In this document: positions 25,679-34,576 of the stretch, in pieces
How the letters are laid out: each line of letters starts with the position of its first letter
Numbering within the stretch: the first letter of the stretch is position 1
Assembly: GCA_029548585.1 (NCBI GenBank)
Contig: JAKPNC010000085.1
Coordinates: 1-34,850 of the forward strand
Origin: a bacterium
Lineage (GTDB): Bacteria; Ratteibacteria; UBA8468; B48-G9; JAFGKM01
Reading direction: 5' to 3'
DNA length: 34,850 bases
Notes under the pieces: generated by a model
Databases searched by the model: none
What the model saw: only the letters and a program-made list of their open reading frames with translations
Told to the model about the DNA's origin: nothing
Position numbers and translations under genes: made by a program

Positions 25679-27604
25679 TTACTGCTTTCTGACCAGCACC
25701 CCCATGCTCTCGAGATGGGGGGTGTGGGGGAAGAAATCCGCGCAGTAGAGTTTTGCCAGCCTGTAGCCTTCTTCTTCCATATGCCTGACATCCCTGGCAA
25801 AGGCCGCAGGGTTGCAGGAAACGTATATCAGAGACGGGATCTTCAGAGAGAAGATGTTCTTCATCGCCTTGCCGGATATTCCCGCCCTCGGAGGATCCAG
25901 CACCAGGGTATCGTATTCCTCCAGGGAAGCTTTCTTGAAAATGTCTTCAACCGAGCTGTGCTGGAAGTTGCAGTTTGTGACGGAGTTGATCCTGCAGTTT
26001 TCCATGGCATTGGTTATGTTGGACTGCTCTATGTCTATTCCGCAGGCGGTTTCAACGGCGTCCGAAACGGATATTTCAATGGCCCCCGCACCGCAATAAA
26101 GGCCCAGGATCCGCCTTGAACCGAGCTCAGCAAGGTTTTCCCTTATGCGGGAATAAAGAAGCCCTGCCGCCCTGGTATTGGGCTGAAAGAAGGTAGAAAG
26201 GTGGACCCTGAATACCTTGCTGCCCATTTTCTCCTCTATCCACGGATTCCCCAAAAGGTGGTTCTTCTTCTCAAATGAAACAACGTCAGAAAGGCGGTCG
26301 TTTTCAACCCACCAAAGGCTCGCAACCTGGGTTTTCCCCCCGGCAAGCATATCCGCAAGGCGGGTAATGTCAAAAGAGGGACAGCTTTTTGTGACCAGTA
26401 TCAGCATGAGTTCGCCGGTATTCTTTCCCTCCCTCATGACAAGATGCCGGAAGAAGCCCTCTCCCGTACGGGGATCGTAAGCTTTAAGGCCGGTCTCTTC
26501 CGCAAACTGCTTTACCAGCGGGAAGAGAGACCCTGCCGCTTCGCTGAATATCATGCAGCCATCCAGGGGCGCTATCCTGCTGCGGCTCTTGTTGAATGGC
26601 AGGCTCCTTTCTCTCAGTCCCAGGACGACCTTCCCCCTGTCATTGCCAAAGGCAAACTCCATCTTGTTCCTGTAATAGAAAATGTCAGGGGACGGAATTA
26701 TCGGATGCCTTTCGATCCTTTCCCCGTCTATGCCGCCTATCTTCTTCAGGGTGGCCATCAGATACCTTTCCTTCAGTTCGGCCTGCTTTTCATAACAGGT
26801 ATTCTGGAAAGAACATCCTCCGCATTTCCCGAAAGCCGGGCATGGAGGTTCGGTCCTGAAGGGAGATTGCTCGATAATGCGGGAAGTCTCCCCGTAAGAA
26901 AAATTTCCCGCGTCCTTTACAATTCTCATCTTTATCCTGTCGCCGTAAACGGCATTCTGGACAAAAACGACCTTGCCTTCAGCCCTTGCCACCGCCCAGT
27001 TGTTAGGAAAAGCTATATCTGAAACGGAGGCTTCTGTCTCCGGAAGACAAAACCTGTGGAGAAGCCTTTTCACCTTCTTTACAGGCAGGCCGACGACGTT
27101 ATCGAAATCGCCTTCTATCTTTTCCACGAAAGAGGCTTTCCCGCTCTGTATGGCATATCCTCCGGCCTTGTCCTTGTAATCTTCCCCTGAAAGGTATTCT
27201 TCTATCTCAGGCTCTTCTATACGGTTGAAGGTTACATAGGTAAGATCGTAGTCGGTGAGCATCCTGTCGTCTTCCTTCCTGTAGACGGCTATGCCGGTGA
27301 TAACCTTGTGCTTCTTTCCGGAGAGCGACCTGAGGATATCGCCTGCTTCCTTTCTGTCGGCCGGCTTGCCTATGATCCTTCCTTCGATGGAAACGACCGT
27401 ATCGGAAGCAATGACGGTTGCAGAGGGATTCTTCTCGCCCACATTTTTCGCCTTCAGCGCCGAAGCCTGAACGGCGAAGAGGACAGGGTCATTCTCCCTT
27501 ATGTCCTGTTCGTTGACATCCGGCTCCACGACACTGAAATCCTGTACGACCTTTTTCAAGAGCTCCCTGCGCCTGGGAGATGCGGAAGCAAGTATTATAT
27601 TCAT
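25679..27604 (-). CDS. rlmD: Fusion: Maf (YhdE-type NTP pyrophosphatase) + 23S rRNA m5U methyltransferase RlmD/RlmCD
   Basis: aa 1 to about 185: IILASASPRRRELL, SDTVV, KP, DKAGGYAIQ, NVVGLP. Remainder: TRAM-like region, CPAFGKCGGC Fe-S motif, YRNKMEF, FFQPN, LYCGAG, DPPRAG, YVSCNP, DFFPHT.HLE. No stop between the domains. Confidence 0.93.
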   Translation of the reverse strand: MNIILASASPRRRELLKKVVQDFSVVEPDVNEQDIRENDPVLFAVQASALKAKNVGEKNPSATVIASDTVVSIEGRIIGKPADRKEAGDILRSLSGKKHKVITGIAVYRKEDDRMLTDYDLTYVTFNRIEEPEIEEYLSGEDYKDKAGGYAIQSGKASFVEKIEGDFDNVVGLPVKKVKRLLHRFCLPETEASVSDIAFPNNWAVARAEGKVVFVQNAVYGDRIKMRIVKDAGNFSYGETSRIIEQSPFRTEPPCPAFGKCGGCSFQNTCYEKQAELKERYLMATLKKIGGIDGERIERHPIIPSPDIFYYRNKMEFAFGNDRGKVVLGLRERSLPFNKSRSRIAPLDGCMIFSEAAGSLFPLVKQFAEETGLKAYDPRTGEGFFRHLVMREGKNTGELMLILVTKSCPSFDITRLADMLAGGKTQVASLWWVENDRLSDVVSFEKKNHLLGNPWIEEKMGSKVFRVHLSTFFQPNTRAAGLLYSRIRENLAELGSRRILGLYCGAGAIEISVSDAVETACGIDIEQSNITNAMENCRINSVTNCNFQHSSVEDIFKKASLEEYDTLVLDPPRAGISGKAMKNIFSLKIPSLIYVSCNPAAFARDVRHMEEEGYRLAKLYCADFFPHTPHLESMGVLVRKQ

Positions 27605-27638
27605 TTTATTTGTCCCTGGGGTTTTCTTAACTGACCGG

Positions 27639-28874
27639 TTACTGGTGTTGTGCGACGGTGATCTCCCCCGGCTTCAGGCTGTCCTTCATCGCAAGCAGCC
27701 TGTCTCTCTCTGTTTCGAAATCCTTCATCAGCGAAGCCGGAAGGGGATCGGAGGGAGGCATACTGAGAGCAAGAAAATTGACGAACTTTCCGTTCTTCTG
27801 CAGGCGGAAATCCAGGTGGGGACCCGTGGCAATTCCCGTTGAGCCCACGTATCCTATGACCTGCCCCTTCTGCACCCTGGCTCCCTGCCTTGTTCCTTTC
27901 GATATGCCCGAAAGGTGGCCATACCACGAATTGCAGGCATTCGGATGCTTTACCACAACCGTTACTCCAAGGCCGTCCTTTCTTCTTCCGGCAGCCGTCA
28001 CGATCCCGTCGCCTATGGCTGAAACCGGTGTGCCCTGGGCCGCGGCGTAATCTATTCCCAGGTGAGGCCTGTGCCTTTTAAGTATGGGGTGAAACCGCCT
28101 TTGGGTATAGTAGGACGAAATCCTCCTGTAATTGAGCGGGGCCTTGAGGAAAAGAGCCTCAACGTTTATCCCCTGCTCGTCGTAGTATCCCTGTTTGCAA
28201 CCCGATCCATCAAAATAAAAAGCGTAAAGGGTCTCCTGTCCCCTGGTATAGGAAGCCGCCGATATGCGCATATCCTTGAGCACATTGCCATCCCCGTCCA
28301 TGTAGGACTCCCAGAGAACCCCGAATTCATCGTCTGCCTTGCAATCGGTGAAAAAATCCATCTTTGACGCAAATATCTCCGCAAACTGGATGATAAGCTC
28401 CGGGTTGACCCCTGCACCGGACATGCTTTCATACAGGGAGCTCGCTATTTTGCCGCGCACGCCCCTCATCATCCTTACGGCTTCTATACGGTTAGCAGAA
28501 GCTACGGGCATGCCGCTTTCCCCGTCAAGCGTGACCTCGTAGAAATCCATGGGACCGTCAAAATAGGCGAGCTTTTCGAAGTTTCCTTCCCTGTCAAAAG
28601 TCAATTCCCACCTGTCGCCCAGATTACAGCGCCGGACATCGAACACATCCTGGAGAGCGGTGGAGATGGAGTGGGCCTGATCGGGGCCGATGCCATTTTC
28701 CGACAGGATATCGCCCAGCACTTCTCCTTCCGAAATATGGCCACCGACAATATTGCCGGTCTTCCCATATCCCCGGGTTAACCTTCCATCGGATTTGATC
28801 CCGACAAGAAAAAACGGCACAAGTATAATTATGGCGAGGAAAAAAACGGCTATTATTTTCGTTCTCAGTCCCAA
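27639..28874 (-). CDS. M23 family peptidoglycan DD-metalloendopeptidase (MepM-like)
   Basis: N-terminal TM, RISS...RFHPILK..RPHLGIDYAA, YGHLS, GYVGSTG.ATGPHLDF. TTG start with GGAGG RBS. Confidence 0.92.
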   Translation of the reverse strand: MGLRTKIIAVFFLAIIILVPFFLVGIKSDGRLTRGYGKTGNIVGGHISEGEVLGDILSENGIGPDQAHSISTALQDVFDVRRCNLGDRWELTFDREGNFEKLAYFDGPMDFYEVTLDGESGMPVASANRIEAVRMMRGVRGKIASSLYESMSGAGVNPELIIQFAEIFASKMDFFTDCKADDEFGVLWESYMDGDGNVLKDMRISAASYTRGQETLYAFYFDGSGCKQGYYDEQGINVEALFLKAPLNYRRISSYYTQRRFHPILKRHRPHLGIDYAAAQGTPVSAIGDGIVTAAGRRKDGLGVTVVVKHPNACNSWYGHLSGISKGTRQGARVQKGQVIGYVGSTGIATGPHLDFRLQKNGKFVNFLALSMPPSDPLPASLMKDFETERDRLLAMKDSLKPGEITVAQHQ

Positions 28875-28909
28875 AAGCTAACCTCCCCTTTTACCCCCGG
28901 CGGCAGGGA

Positions 28910-29386
28910 TCAATCTCTGCCGGCAAGAAGTACCGTTGCCAGGCAGGCGCAAGCCGCGCCCCCGCCTATCTCTCCCAGGCGCTCAAAGGTCTTGGCCTTA
29001 AGTCCTATCCTCGACCCGTCTATGCCCAGGAGGGCAGAGAGCCTTTCCCTTATGGATTCAAAAAAAGGCAGAAGCCGCGGTTCCTGGCAGATGACGATTA
29101 CGTCGACATTTTCAATCCGGTGGTTCTCCGACCTCATCAAAGAGAGAGCTTTCTCTATTATCCTGGAACTGTCGAGCCCCTCGTTGCCAGGGTCTGTATC
29201 CGGAAAATAATACCCTATGTCAGGCTTGCCCAGCGCCCCCAGAACGCTATCCGCCAGGGAATGGAGAAGGACGTCCCCGTCGCTGTGGCCCAGGAGACCC
29301 TTTAAGCAAGGTATCTCCACGCCTCCGAGAATAAACTTCCTGCCTTCGGCAAACCTGTGAATGTCAAATCCTATGCCCGTCCTCAT
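28910..29386 (-). CDS. ispF: 2-C-methyl-D-erythritol 2,4-cyclodiphosphate synthase
   Basis: RTGIGFDIH, LGGV, HSDGDVLLH..D..LGA, DIG..FPD, KAKT.E.LG. Confidence 0.97.
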   Translation of the reverse strand: MRTGIGFDIHRFAEGRKFILGGVEIPCLKGLLGHSDGDVLLHSLADSVLGALGKPDIGYYFPDTDPGNEGLDSSRIIEKALSLMRSENHRIENVDVIVICQEPRLLPFFESIRERLSALLGIDGSRIGLKAKTFERLGEIGGGAACACLATVLLAGRD

Positions 29387-29394
29387 ATTGATTT

Positions 29395-29423
29395 ATTATA
29401 AGATAAATGATAATTAAAGACAA
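29395..29423 (-). promoter_or_regulatory. Sigma70-type promoter of ispF, leaderless
   Basis: Minus strand TTGTCT, 17 nt spacer, TATAAT, then 8 nt to the ATG; no SD sequence. Confidence 0.6.
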
Positions 29424-29448
29424 AAAATGTTAAAATTACCTCAACCGT

Positions 29449-30450
29449 ATGTTACCTGCAGGAAAAACAAAAATAATGGTAAAAGAATCCGAAGTGCGCG
29501 GCATACTGAGGGATTTCGGAATAGACAATCCCGGGAAGATCTCTGAGGGAGGAGGAACCGCCTCTCCAAAGTATATTTTCACGTCCTCGGGGAAAAAGTA
29601 TCTTTTGAAACAGAGGCGCAGGGAATTCTCACCCTTGCCGGTTGTTCTGTTTGACCACTCGGTGATAAAGCACCTGTCAAGAAACGGCCTGCCCGTAGCC
29701 ATTCCTTCTTATTCGGCAAAAACAGGCTGCGAGCTCTTTGAATATATTGAAAACCTGGAAGACTTCACCCAGGGAAACAGGGAAGAGATGTCAGGCGCCG
29801 CTGAAATGCTCGGCCGTATGCACAGGATACTTCATGACTTTGTGCCGGAAGGAAGCAAAAACTGGCAGAGGGAATTTTTGCCTTCCGGGATAAAGGCGGA
29901 ACTGCTGAAACATATCGAAGAGCAGCCGGGACTTTTTCATGGGAAAGAGACCGTCAGATTGGTAATGGAACTTCTTGACGGCCTTATTGAGAATTATTCC
30001 GTGAAAAATCTTACCCGCTCGATAGTTCACGGCGATTACACGAGCGCAAACGTAAAGTTCAAGGGCAATCTCGTGGGCGGCATATTCGATTTTGACTGGA
30101 CGTCCTTACAGAATACGCTGTATGACATTTCGAGAGCGCTGGTATACTTCTGCTTTAAAAGAAAGAACGCCCTTGACGGGAAAAATATCTGGTCTCTCGT
30201 GCAGCCCTGTGAAATCGACATTGAGAACGTCAGGCAGTTCATGAAATCCTACAGGAGAGAATTCATTTTCACGCAGGCAGACGCAGAAGGGCTCCATTTT
30301 GCGCTTAAGGAGTTTTTCATAGGCGCCCGAGTCAGGGCGATGAGAAAAGTGCCTGACGCAGAAAAGATTAAGATGCTGGATGAGAAACTCGTAGAAATGG
30401 CAATAACCGTAGAAAAGGAGAAAAACTCTCTCGCCCAAGCCTGCGGGTAA
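29449..30450 (+). CDS. APH / homoserine kinase type II-like phosphotransferase
   Basis: YLLK, LGRMH, Brenner motif HGDYTSANV, IFDFD. Confidence 0.85.
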   Translation: MLPAGKTKIMVKESEVRGILRDFGIDNPGKISEGGGTASPKYIFTSSGKKYLLKQRRREFSPLPVVLFDHSVIKHLSRNGLPVAIPSYSAKTGCELFEYIENLEDFTQGNREEMSGAAEMLGRMHRILHDFVPEGSKNWQREFLPSGIKAELLKHIEEQPGLFHGKETVRLVMELLDGLIENYSVKNLTRSIVHGDYTSANVKFKGNLVGGIFDFDWTSLQNTLYDISRALVYFCFKRKNALDGKNIWSLVQPCEIDIENVRQFMKSYRREFIFTQADAEGLHFALKEFFIGARVRAMRKVPDAEKIKMLDEKLVEMAITVEKEKNSLAQACG

Positions 30451-30536
30451 AGGAAAACCCACTTCATCATAATTTCTTATGAAATTGTGGCTATGGCAGT
30501 TAATTCAAACGCATTAAATTTCTATTCGTTATCCCA

Positions 30537-30725
30537 TCACGCTTTTGAAGAACAACGCAGGCTTACAGTAAATGTCCCGGGACTTTTGGGAATATCCAGA
30601 CTGGCGATATAATTCCTGAGATTCCCCATACCCTTATCCAGGTATCCCACCTCAACAACAAAAACAATACACAGCAAAATCAAAATCCGCTTGAACAGCA
30701 GCCCGTACCGTATTCTCATATGCAT
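30537..30725 (-). CDS. Small hypothetical membrane protein or gene fragment
   Basis: 62 aa ORF with one hydrophobic stretch, co-oriented and 13 nt downstream of the preceding island gene; no recognisable motif. Confidence 0.3.
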   Translation of the reverse strand: MHMRIRYGLLFKRILILLCIVFVVEVGYLDKGMGNLRNYIASLDIPKSPGTFTVSLRCSSKA

Positions 30726-30738
30726 ATTCTCAATAAAG

Positions 30739-31179
30739 TCATTCTATCCAATCAGGATTTTCTCCTTCTATCAGATTTATTCCTTTGCCGATTTCAATGT
30801 TGTGAATATAAATGTAATCTTTCATATTAAAAGCATATTTGATATTTAAACCCACCGGAGCTTTATGTGTGCTCGCAAAATATTTATCGTCAGGAGACCA
30901 GCGAGGGGCATAACACCAATCATCACAAGAAACAACAGTTTTTGCTGATAATGCGGTAAAATCAAAAACTCTGATTTCTCCCCTTCTGGTGTCTTTTGTT
31001 AAAAAATAATTGTGCTGGAAAACAATCTTTCCATTTGGAAAAGCAGCCCCCCCAAAAGTTTTTGCAATCTTATTAGCAGGAACAGTGCTAACTGTATAAA
31101 AGAGAATACTTCCCAGTATCCCAATGCCTATACAAATTGTAAATATTCTCTTAATCATTGCCATTCTTCTTTTTCCCAT
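30739..31179 (-). CDS. Short TolB/PD40-like beta-propeller protein (possibly internally deleted)
   Basis: N-terminal TM/signal, GKIVF, one PD40-like repeat APRWSPDDKYF, TolB-like end GENPDW. Confidence 0.6.
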   Translation of the reverse strand: MGKRRMAMIKRIFTICIGIGILGSILFYTVSTVPANKIAKTFGGAAFPNGKIVFQHNYFLTKDTRRGEIRVFDFTALSAKTVVSCDDWCYAPRWSPDDKYFASTHKAPVGLNIKYAFNMKDYIYIHNIEIGKGINLIEGENPDWIE

Positions 31180-31211
31180 CGTATGTTATCCTTCCCATTT
31201 TCCTTTATGTC

Positions 31212-31970
31212 TCAATCCTTCTTCATAGATTGAATAATTTTCTCCCTGACGTCAGATATTGAAGGACTCTGTAAGAATTCCGCAGGCAAATCTTTCTTTA
31301 AATAATGTTCCTGAAAATTTCGCAAGACCTTGTCAGCCTTTTCTGACAGTTTCGCATCCGTCCTAACGGTATTTAAAGTCCCTATAATTGATAACGATTG
31401 CTGATTCATCTTCTCGTATACTTCGCTCTTGTTCTCCATCCTTTCTATCCGTGGGAAAAATCCACTCCATACTTCCCAGAGAAATTGAATAATAATGGTT
31501 CTATTTTCTGCTGGATACTCTTGGTTTTTCACAAATTTTATGCCTACATCTATCGTACTTAGTTCTTGCTCCAATGCCATTCCACCTCTTTCTTTTGGTT
31601 CTTTTATGTAACCATCAATACCTTCTTTTTCCCATTTTTTAAAATTTTCAGGAATATTTTCTTTAAATTTGTTGAAGTATAGATAACTCTCCACAAATGA
31701 AAGAGGAGTATTTTTCCAGTCAGATAGCCCTCCATAGGCCAAAATCCAGCCAGCTGCTTCAGGCTCTCTCTTTGCAGCTTCAATCGCCAGAATATATACT
31801 TTTTCTGGACCTAAAGACTTCAAGTATTGTTTTAACTCTTCTTTATTAGAAACTTTCCTCTCGAGAATCTCTTTTGCCTCTCGGGAAAAATCAGTAGTCG
31901 TCTGTGCTTCTCCACGTACAAATTGGCCGATAGTCCCCAATAAAATTAGACATACTATGAACCTCACCAT
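31212..31970 (-). CDS. Hypothetical secreted, probably alpha-helical protein
   Basis: 252 aa open frame in AT-rich DNA; ATG 31970 with AAGGGG RBS; signal-like MVRFIVCLILLGTIGQFVRG; no recognised domain. Confidence 0.7.
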   Translation of the reverse strand: MVRFIVCLILLGTIGQFVRGEAQTTTDFSREAKEILERKVSNKEELKQYLKSLGPEKVYILAIEAAKREPEAAGWILAYGGLSDWKNTPLSFVESYLYFNKFKENIPENFKKWEKEGIDGYIKEPKERGGMALEQELSTIDVGIKFVKNQEYPAENRTIIIQFLWEVWSGFFPRIERMENKSEVYEKMNQQSLSIIGTLNTVRTDAKLSEKADKVLRNFQEHYLKKDLPAEFLQSPSISDVREKIIQSMKKD

Positions 31971-32089
31971 TTGCTCTGTTCCCCTTACGTTTCTTAAAGT
32001 TTCAAAAGAATTCCTGCTCAGTCTCACAAAAATTCCTTATTCAAACTATTTGCAATTCAAACTTCTGACAGTGATGGATATATCCGGAC

Positions 32090-32133
32090 TGACCTTACCC
32101 CCAAAAACCGGCCATTGACAATTAGAGCATACT
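32090..32133 (+). mobile_element. Possible isolated IS3-family left inverted repeat remnant
   Basis: TGACCTTACCCCCAAAAACCGGCCA...ATTAGAG starts with TG and resembles IS3-family termini (recall-based); no transposase follows. Confidence 0.35.
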
Positions 32134-32351
32134 ATAAAAAAATGGGTAAAGCAATGACAGAAGCAAACCAGATCAAGACTTGTATAAAGAAGGGATAATG
32201 TCACTCTTCTTTTCAGTTAATCTGTCACTTCCCGTATGGACGGCTGGCTAAGGTTGAAACAAGATCTTCTTACCATACCTGTCAATCCTTTTACAGGCTC
32301 TCCTGTTGGTGTATAATAATATGTCATGGGAGCCATTGAGCCGGAGAGGAG

Positions 32352-32669
32352 ATGAAAAAGGAAGACATAGAGCTTTATTTTTACAGGAGCAGGGGGCCCG
32401 GAGGACAGAGAAAAAACAAGAAAGAGACCGCCGTGAAGGCGATCCACCTTCCCACGGGTATCGTATCCAGGGCGACGGAATACAGATCCCAGGCAAAGAA
32501 CAGGGAACTTGCCCTTCAACGCCTGGCGGAAAAGGTGGAAGCCTCCAGGAAACCCCGCAAGAAAAGGATCCCAACCAAAAAACCCTTCTACGCAAGGGAA
32601 AAAGAGTTGAAAGAGAAGAAGATTCGTTCGGAGAGAAAAAACCTGAGAAAAAAGGTGGACCAGGAATAA
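32352..32669 (+). CDS. GGQ-type peptidyl-tRNA hydrolase (ArfB / C12orf65-like ribosome rescue factor)
   Basis: RSRGPGGQRKNK.ETAV...HLPTGI......RSQ.KNR..A, followed by a highly basic C-terminal tail. Confidence 0.88.
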   Translation: MKKEDIELYFYRSRGPGGQRKNKKETAVKAIHLPTGIVSRATEYRSQAKNRELALQRLAEKVEASRKPRKKRIPTKKPFYAREKELKEKKIRSERKNLRKKVDQE

Positions 32670-32676
32670 GGAGAAC

Positions 32677-33327
32677 GTGATGAAAAAGATCAAGATAGCC
32701 CCATCCATGCTTTCATCGGATTTCAGCCGCCTCGGGGAAGAAGTCCGGAAAATATCGGAAGCCGGCGCCGACATGATACATTTTGACGTTATGGACGGCC
32801 ACTTCGTTCCAAACATAACCTTCGGACCCATGGTCATCGGTTCGGTAAGGAAATTTTCTTCCCTGGTATTCGACACGCACCTCATGATTTCGGATCCGGG
32901 CAAATACTGGAAGGCGTTTGCGGACACCGGCTCAGATATAATCGGAGTACATATAGAAACAGAAATGGACCATAAATCCATAATTAAGGATATACAGCAA
33001 TATGGCAAAAAAGCCTGCATAGTTATCAACCCTCCGACAAACATTGAAAAGATCTACCCATTCCTGGAACAGGTTGAGCAGGTTCTCGTAATGAGCGTCA
33101 ATCCGGGCTTCGGGGGGCAAAAATTCATGCCGGAAGCCCTTCCCAAAATAGAAAGCCTTGCCGGGATCAAGGCCAGGAAGAACCTCGGCTTCGAGATACA
33201 GGTTGACGGCGGCATAAACGAGGAGACGGCAAGGATATCAAAGGAAGCGGGTGCGGAGATACTTGTTGCGGGTTCATACATATTCAAAAACCCTGATTAC
33301 AAAAAACCAATTGAGAGTCTGAGATGA
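32677..33327 (+). CDS. rpe: Ribulose-phosphate 3-epimerase
   Basis: IAPSMLSSDF, HFDVMDGHFVPNITFG, DTHLM, VMSVNPGFGGQ, VDGG, VAGS. Confidence 0.97.
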   Translation: MMKKIKIAPSMLSSDFSRLGEEVRKISEAGADMIHFDVMDGHFVPNITFGPMVIGSVRKFSSLVFDTHLMISDPGKYWKAFADTGSDIIGVHIETEMDHKSIIKDIQQYGKKACIVINPPTNIEKIYPFLEQVEQVLVMSVNPGFGGQKFMPEALPKIESLAGIKARKNLGFEIQVDGGINEETARISKEAGAEILVAGSYIFKNPDYKKPIESLR

Positions 33328-34535
33328 AAAAAATCAGTTTCGGTGAACTCAGGAAAATTCTAACCTCGGCTTCCGCTGAAGAAAGAAATACGGAAAAATC
33401 GGTAAAATCCATAATAGAAAGGGTAAGGCGGGACGGAGATAAGGCCCTTATCCATTTCGCGCAGAAGTTTGACGGAATAAAACAAAAATCCATAAGAGTG
33501 GAAGGAACGGAAATAGAGAAGGCAGGAAAAAATCTTGACGTGAGAATCCTTGAAGCGGCAAAAGCTGCCGTAAAGAGGGTTGAAAAATATCATAAAAAGC
33601 AGCTTCCGCAGGGTTTCACAATGAAGGAAGAAGGGCTGACACTGGAATACAGGTTCGACCCCATTGAAAATGCCGGCATATACATACCCGCGGGGCAGTC
33701 GCCCCTGATGTCAACCCTTATCATGACGGCCGTTCCTGCCAAGGTTGCAGGAGTGAAAAACATATACGCGGCAAGTCCCCCTTCCTGCAACGGGAAAATC
33801 CATCCCCCGATACTCGGGTTACTCGGTTATCTCGGAATAAAGGACGTCTTTGCCATGGGGGGAGCGCAGGCAATGGCCGCCTTTGCCTGCGGGACGGAGA
33901 CGGTGCCGCGGGTGGACGTTATAGCAGGACCGGGCAACAAATATGTCGACACCGCAAAAAGGCTTCTTTACGGCACTGTGGGAATAGACCTTCCCGCAGG
34001 ACCCAGCGAAGTAGCAGTATTTGCAGAGTCGCCGGCAAATATGTCTTTTGTTGAAGCCGACCTGTTTGCCCAGGGAGAACATGCCGGTAGCAGGATTTTC
34101 CTGATAACAACTTCTGAAAAGCTCGGTAGTGAAGCAGAAAAGAGAATTAGAGCAGGCTTCTGGCTGCTCGCAAAAGACAGGAAAGAGGCCCTCGAAATAA
34201 TAAATTACATAGCCCCCGAGCACCTCCAGCTCTCCTGCAGGAAACCTGAGGAAATGATCAAAAAAGCCGTTGCGGGCGCTGTCTTTGCGGGAGACTATTC
34301 CCCGGCAGCTCTCGGAGATTATTTCGCGGGACCCAGCCACGTGCTTCCCACAGGCAGAACGGCAAGGTTTGCCTCCGGCCTTTCTGTCTATACGTTTCTG
34401 AGAAGTTGCGCCGTTATAAAGGCGGAAAAGTCGTTTTACGCCAGAAACGGAAGGCTTATGGAAATCCTCGCGGAATCTGAAGGGCTTTCCCGACATTGCA
34501 AATCTCTCTCACTGAGGAAAAAGAAGAAACAATAG
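33324..34535 (+). CDS. hisD: Histidinol dehydrogenase
   Basis: GIYIPAG, GGAQA, GPGNKYV, AGPSE, AQGEH, APEHL, GDY.AGPSHVLPT; ATGA overlap with rpe. Confidence 0.95.
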   Translation: MKKISFGELRKILTSASAEERNTEKSVKSIIERVRRDGDKALIHFAQKFDGIKQKSIRVEGTEIEKAGKNLDVRILEAAKAAVKRVEKYHKKQLPQGFTMKEEGLTLEYRFDPIENAGIYIPAGQSPLMSTLIMTAVPAKVAGVKNIYAASPPSCNGKIHPPILGLLGYLGIKDVFAMGGAQAMAAFACGTETVPRVDVIAGPGNKYVDTAKRLLYGTVGIDLPAGPSEVAVFAESPANMSFVEADLFAQGEHAGSRIFLITTSEKLGSEAEKRIRAGFWLLAKDRKEALEIINYIAPEHLQLSCRKPEEMIKKAVAGAVFAGDYSPAALGDYFAGPSHVLPTGRTARFASGLSVYTFLRSCAVIKAEKSFYARNGRLMEILAESEGLSRHCKSLSLRKKKKQ

Positions 34536-34576
34536 GCAATATTTTCAACTCAACCATGCAGCAAGGAGGATAGCGA

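Noticed and set aside
32217-33044. 275 aa minus-strand ORF and alternative-frame ORF 32306..32680
   Set aside because: Overlap the GGQ hydrolase and rpe, which have clear catalytic motifs.
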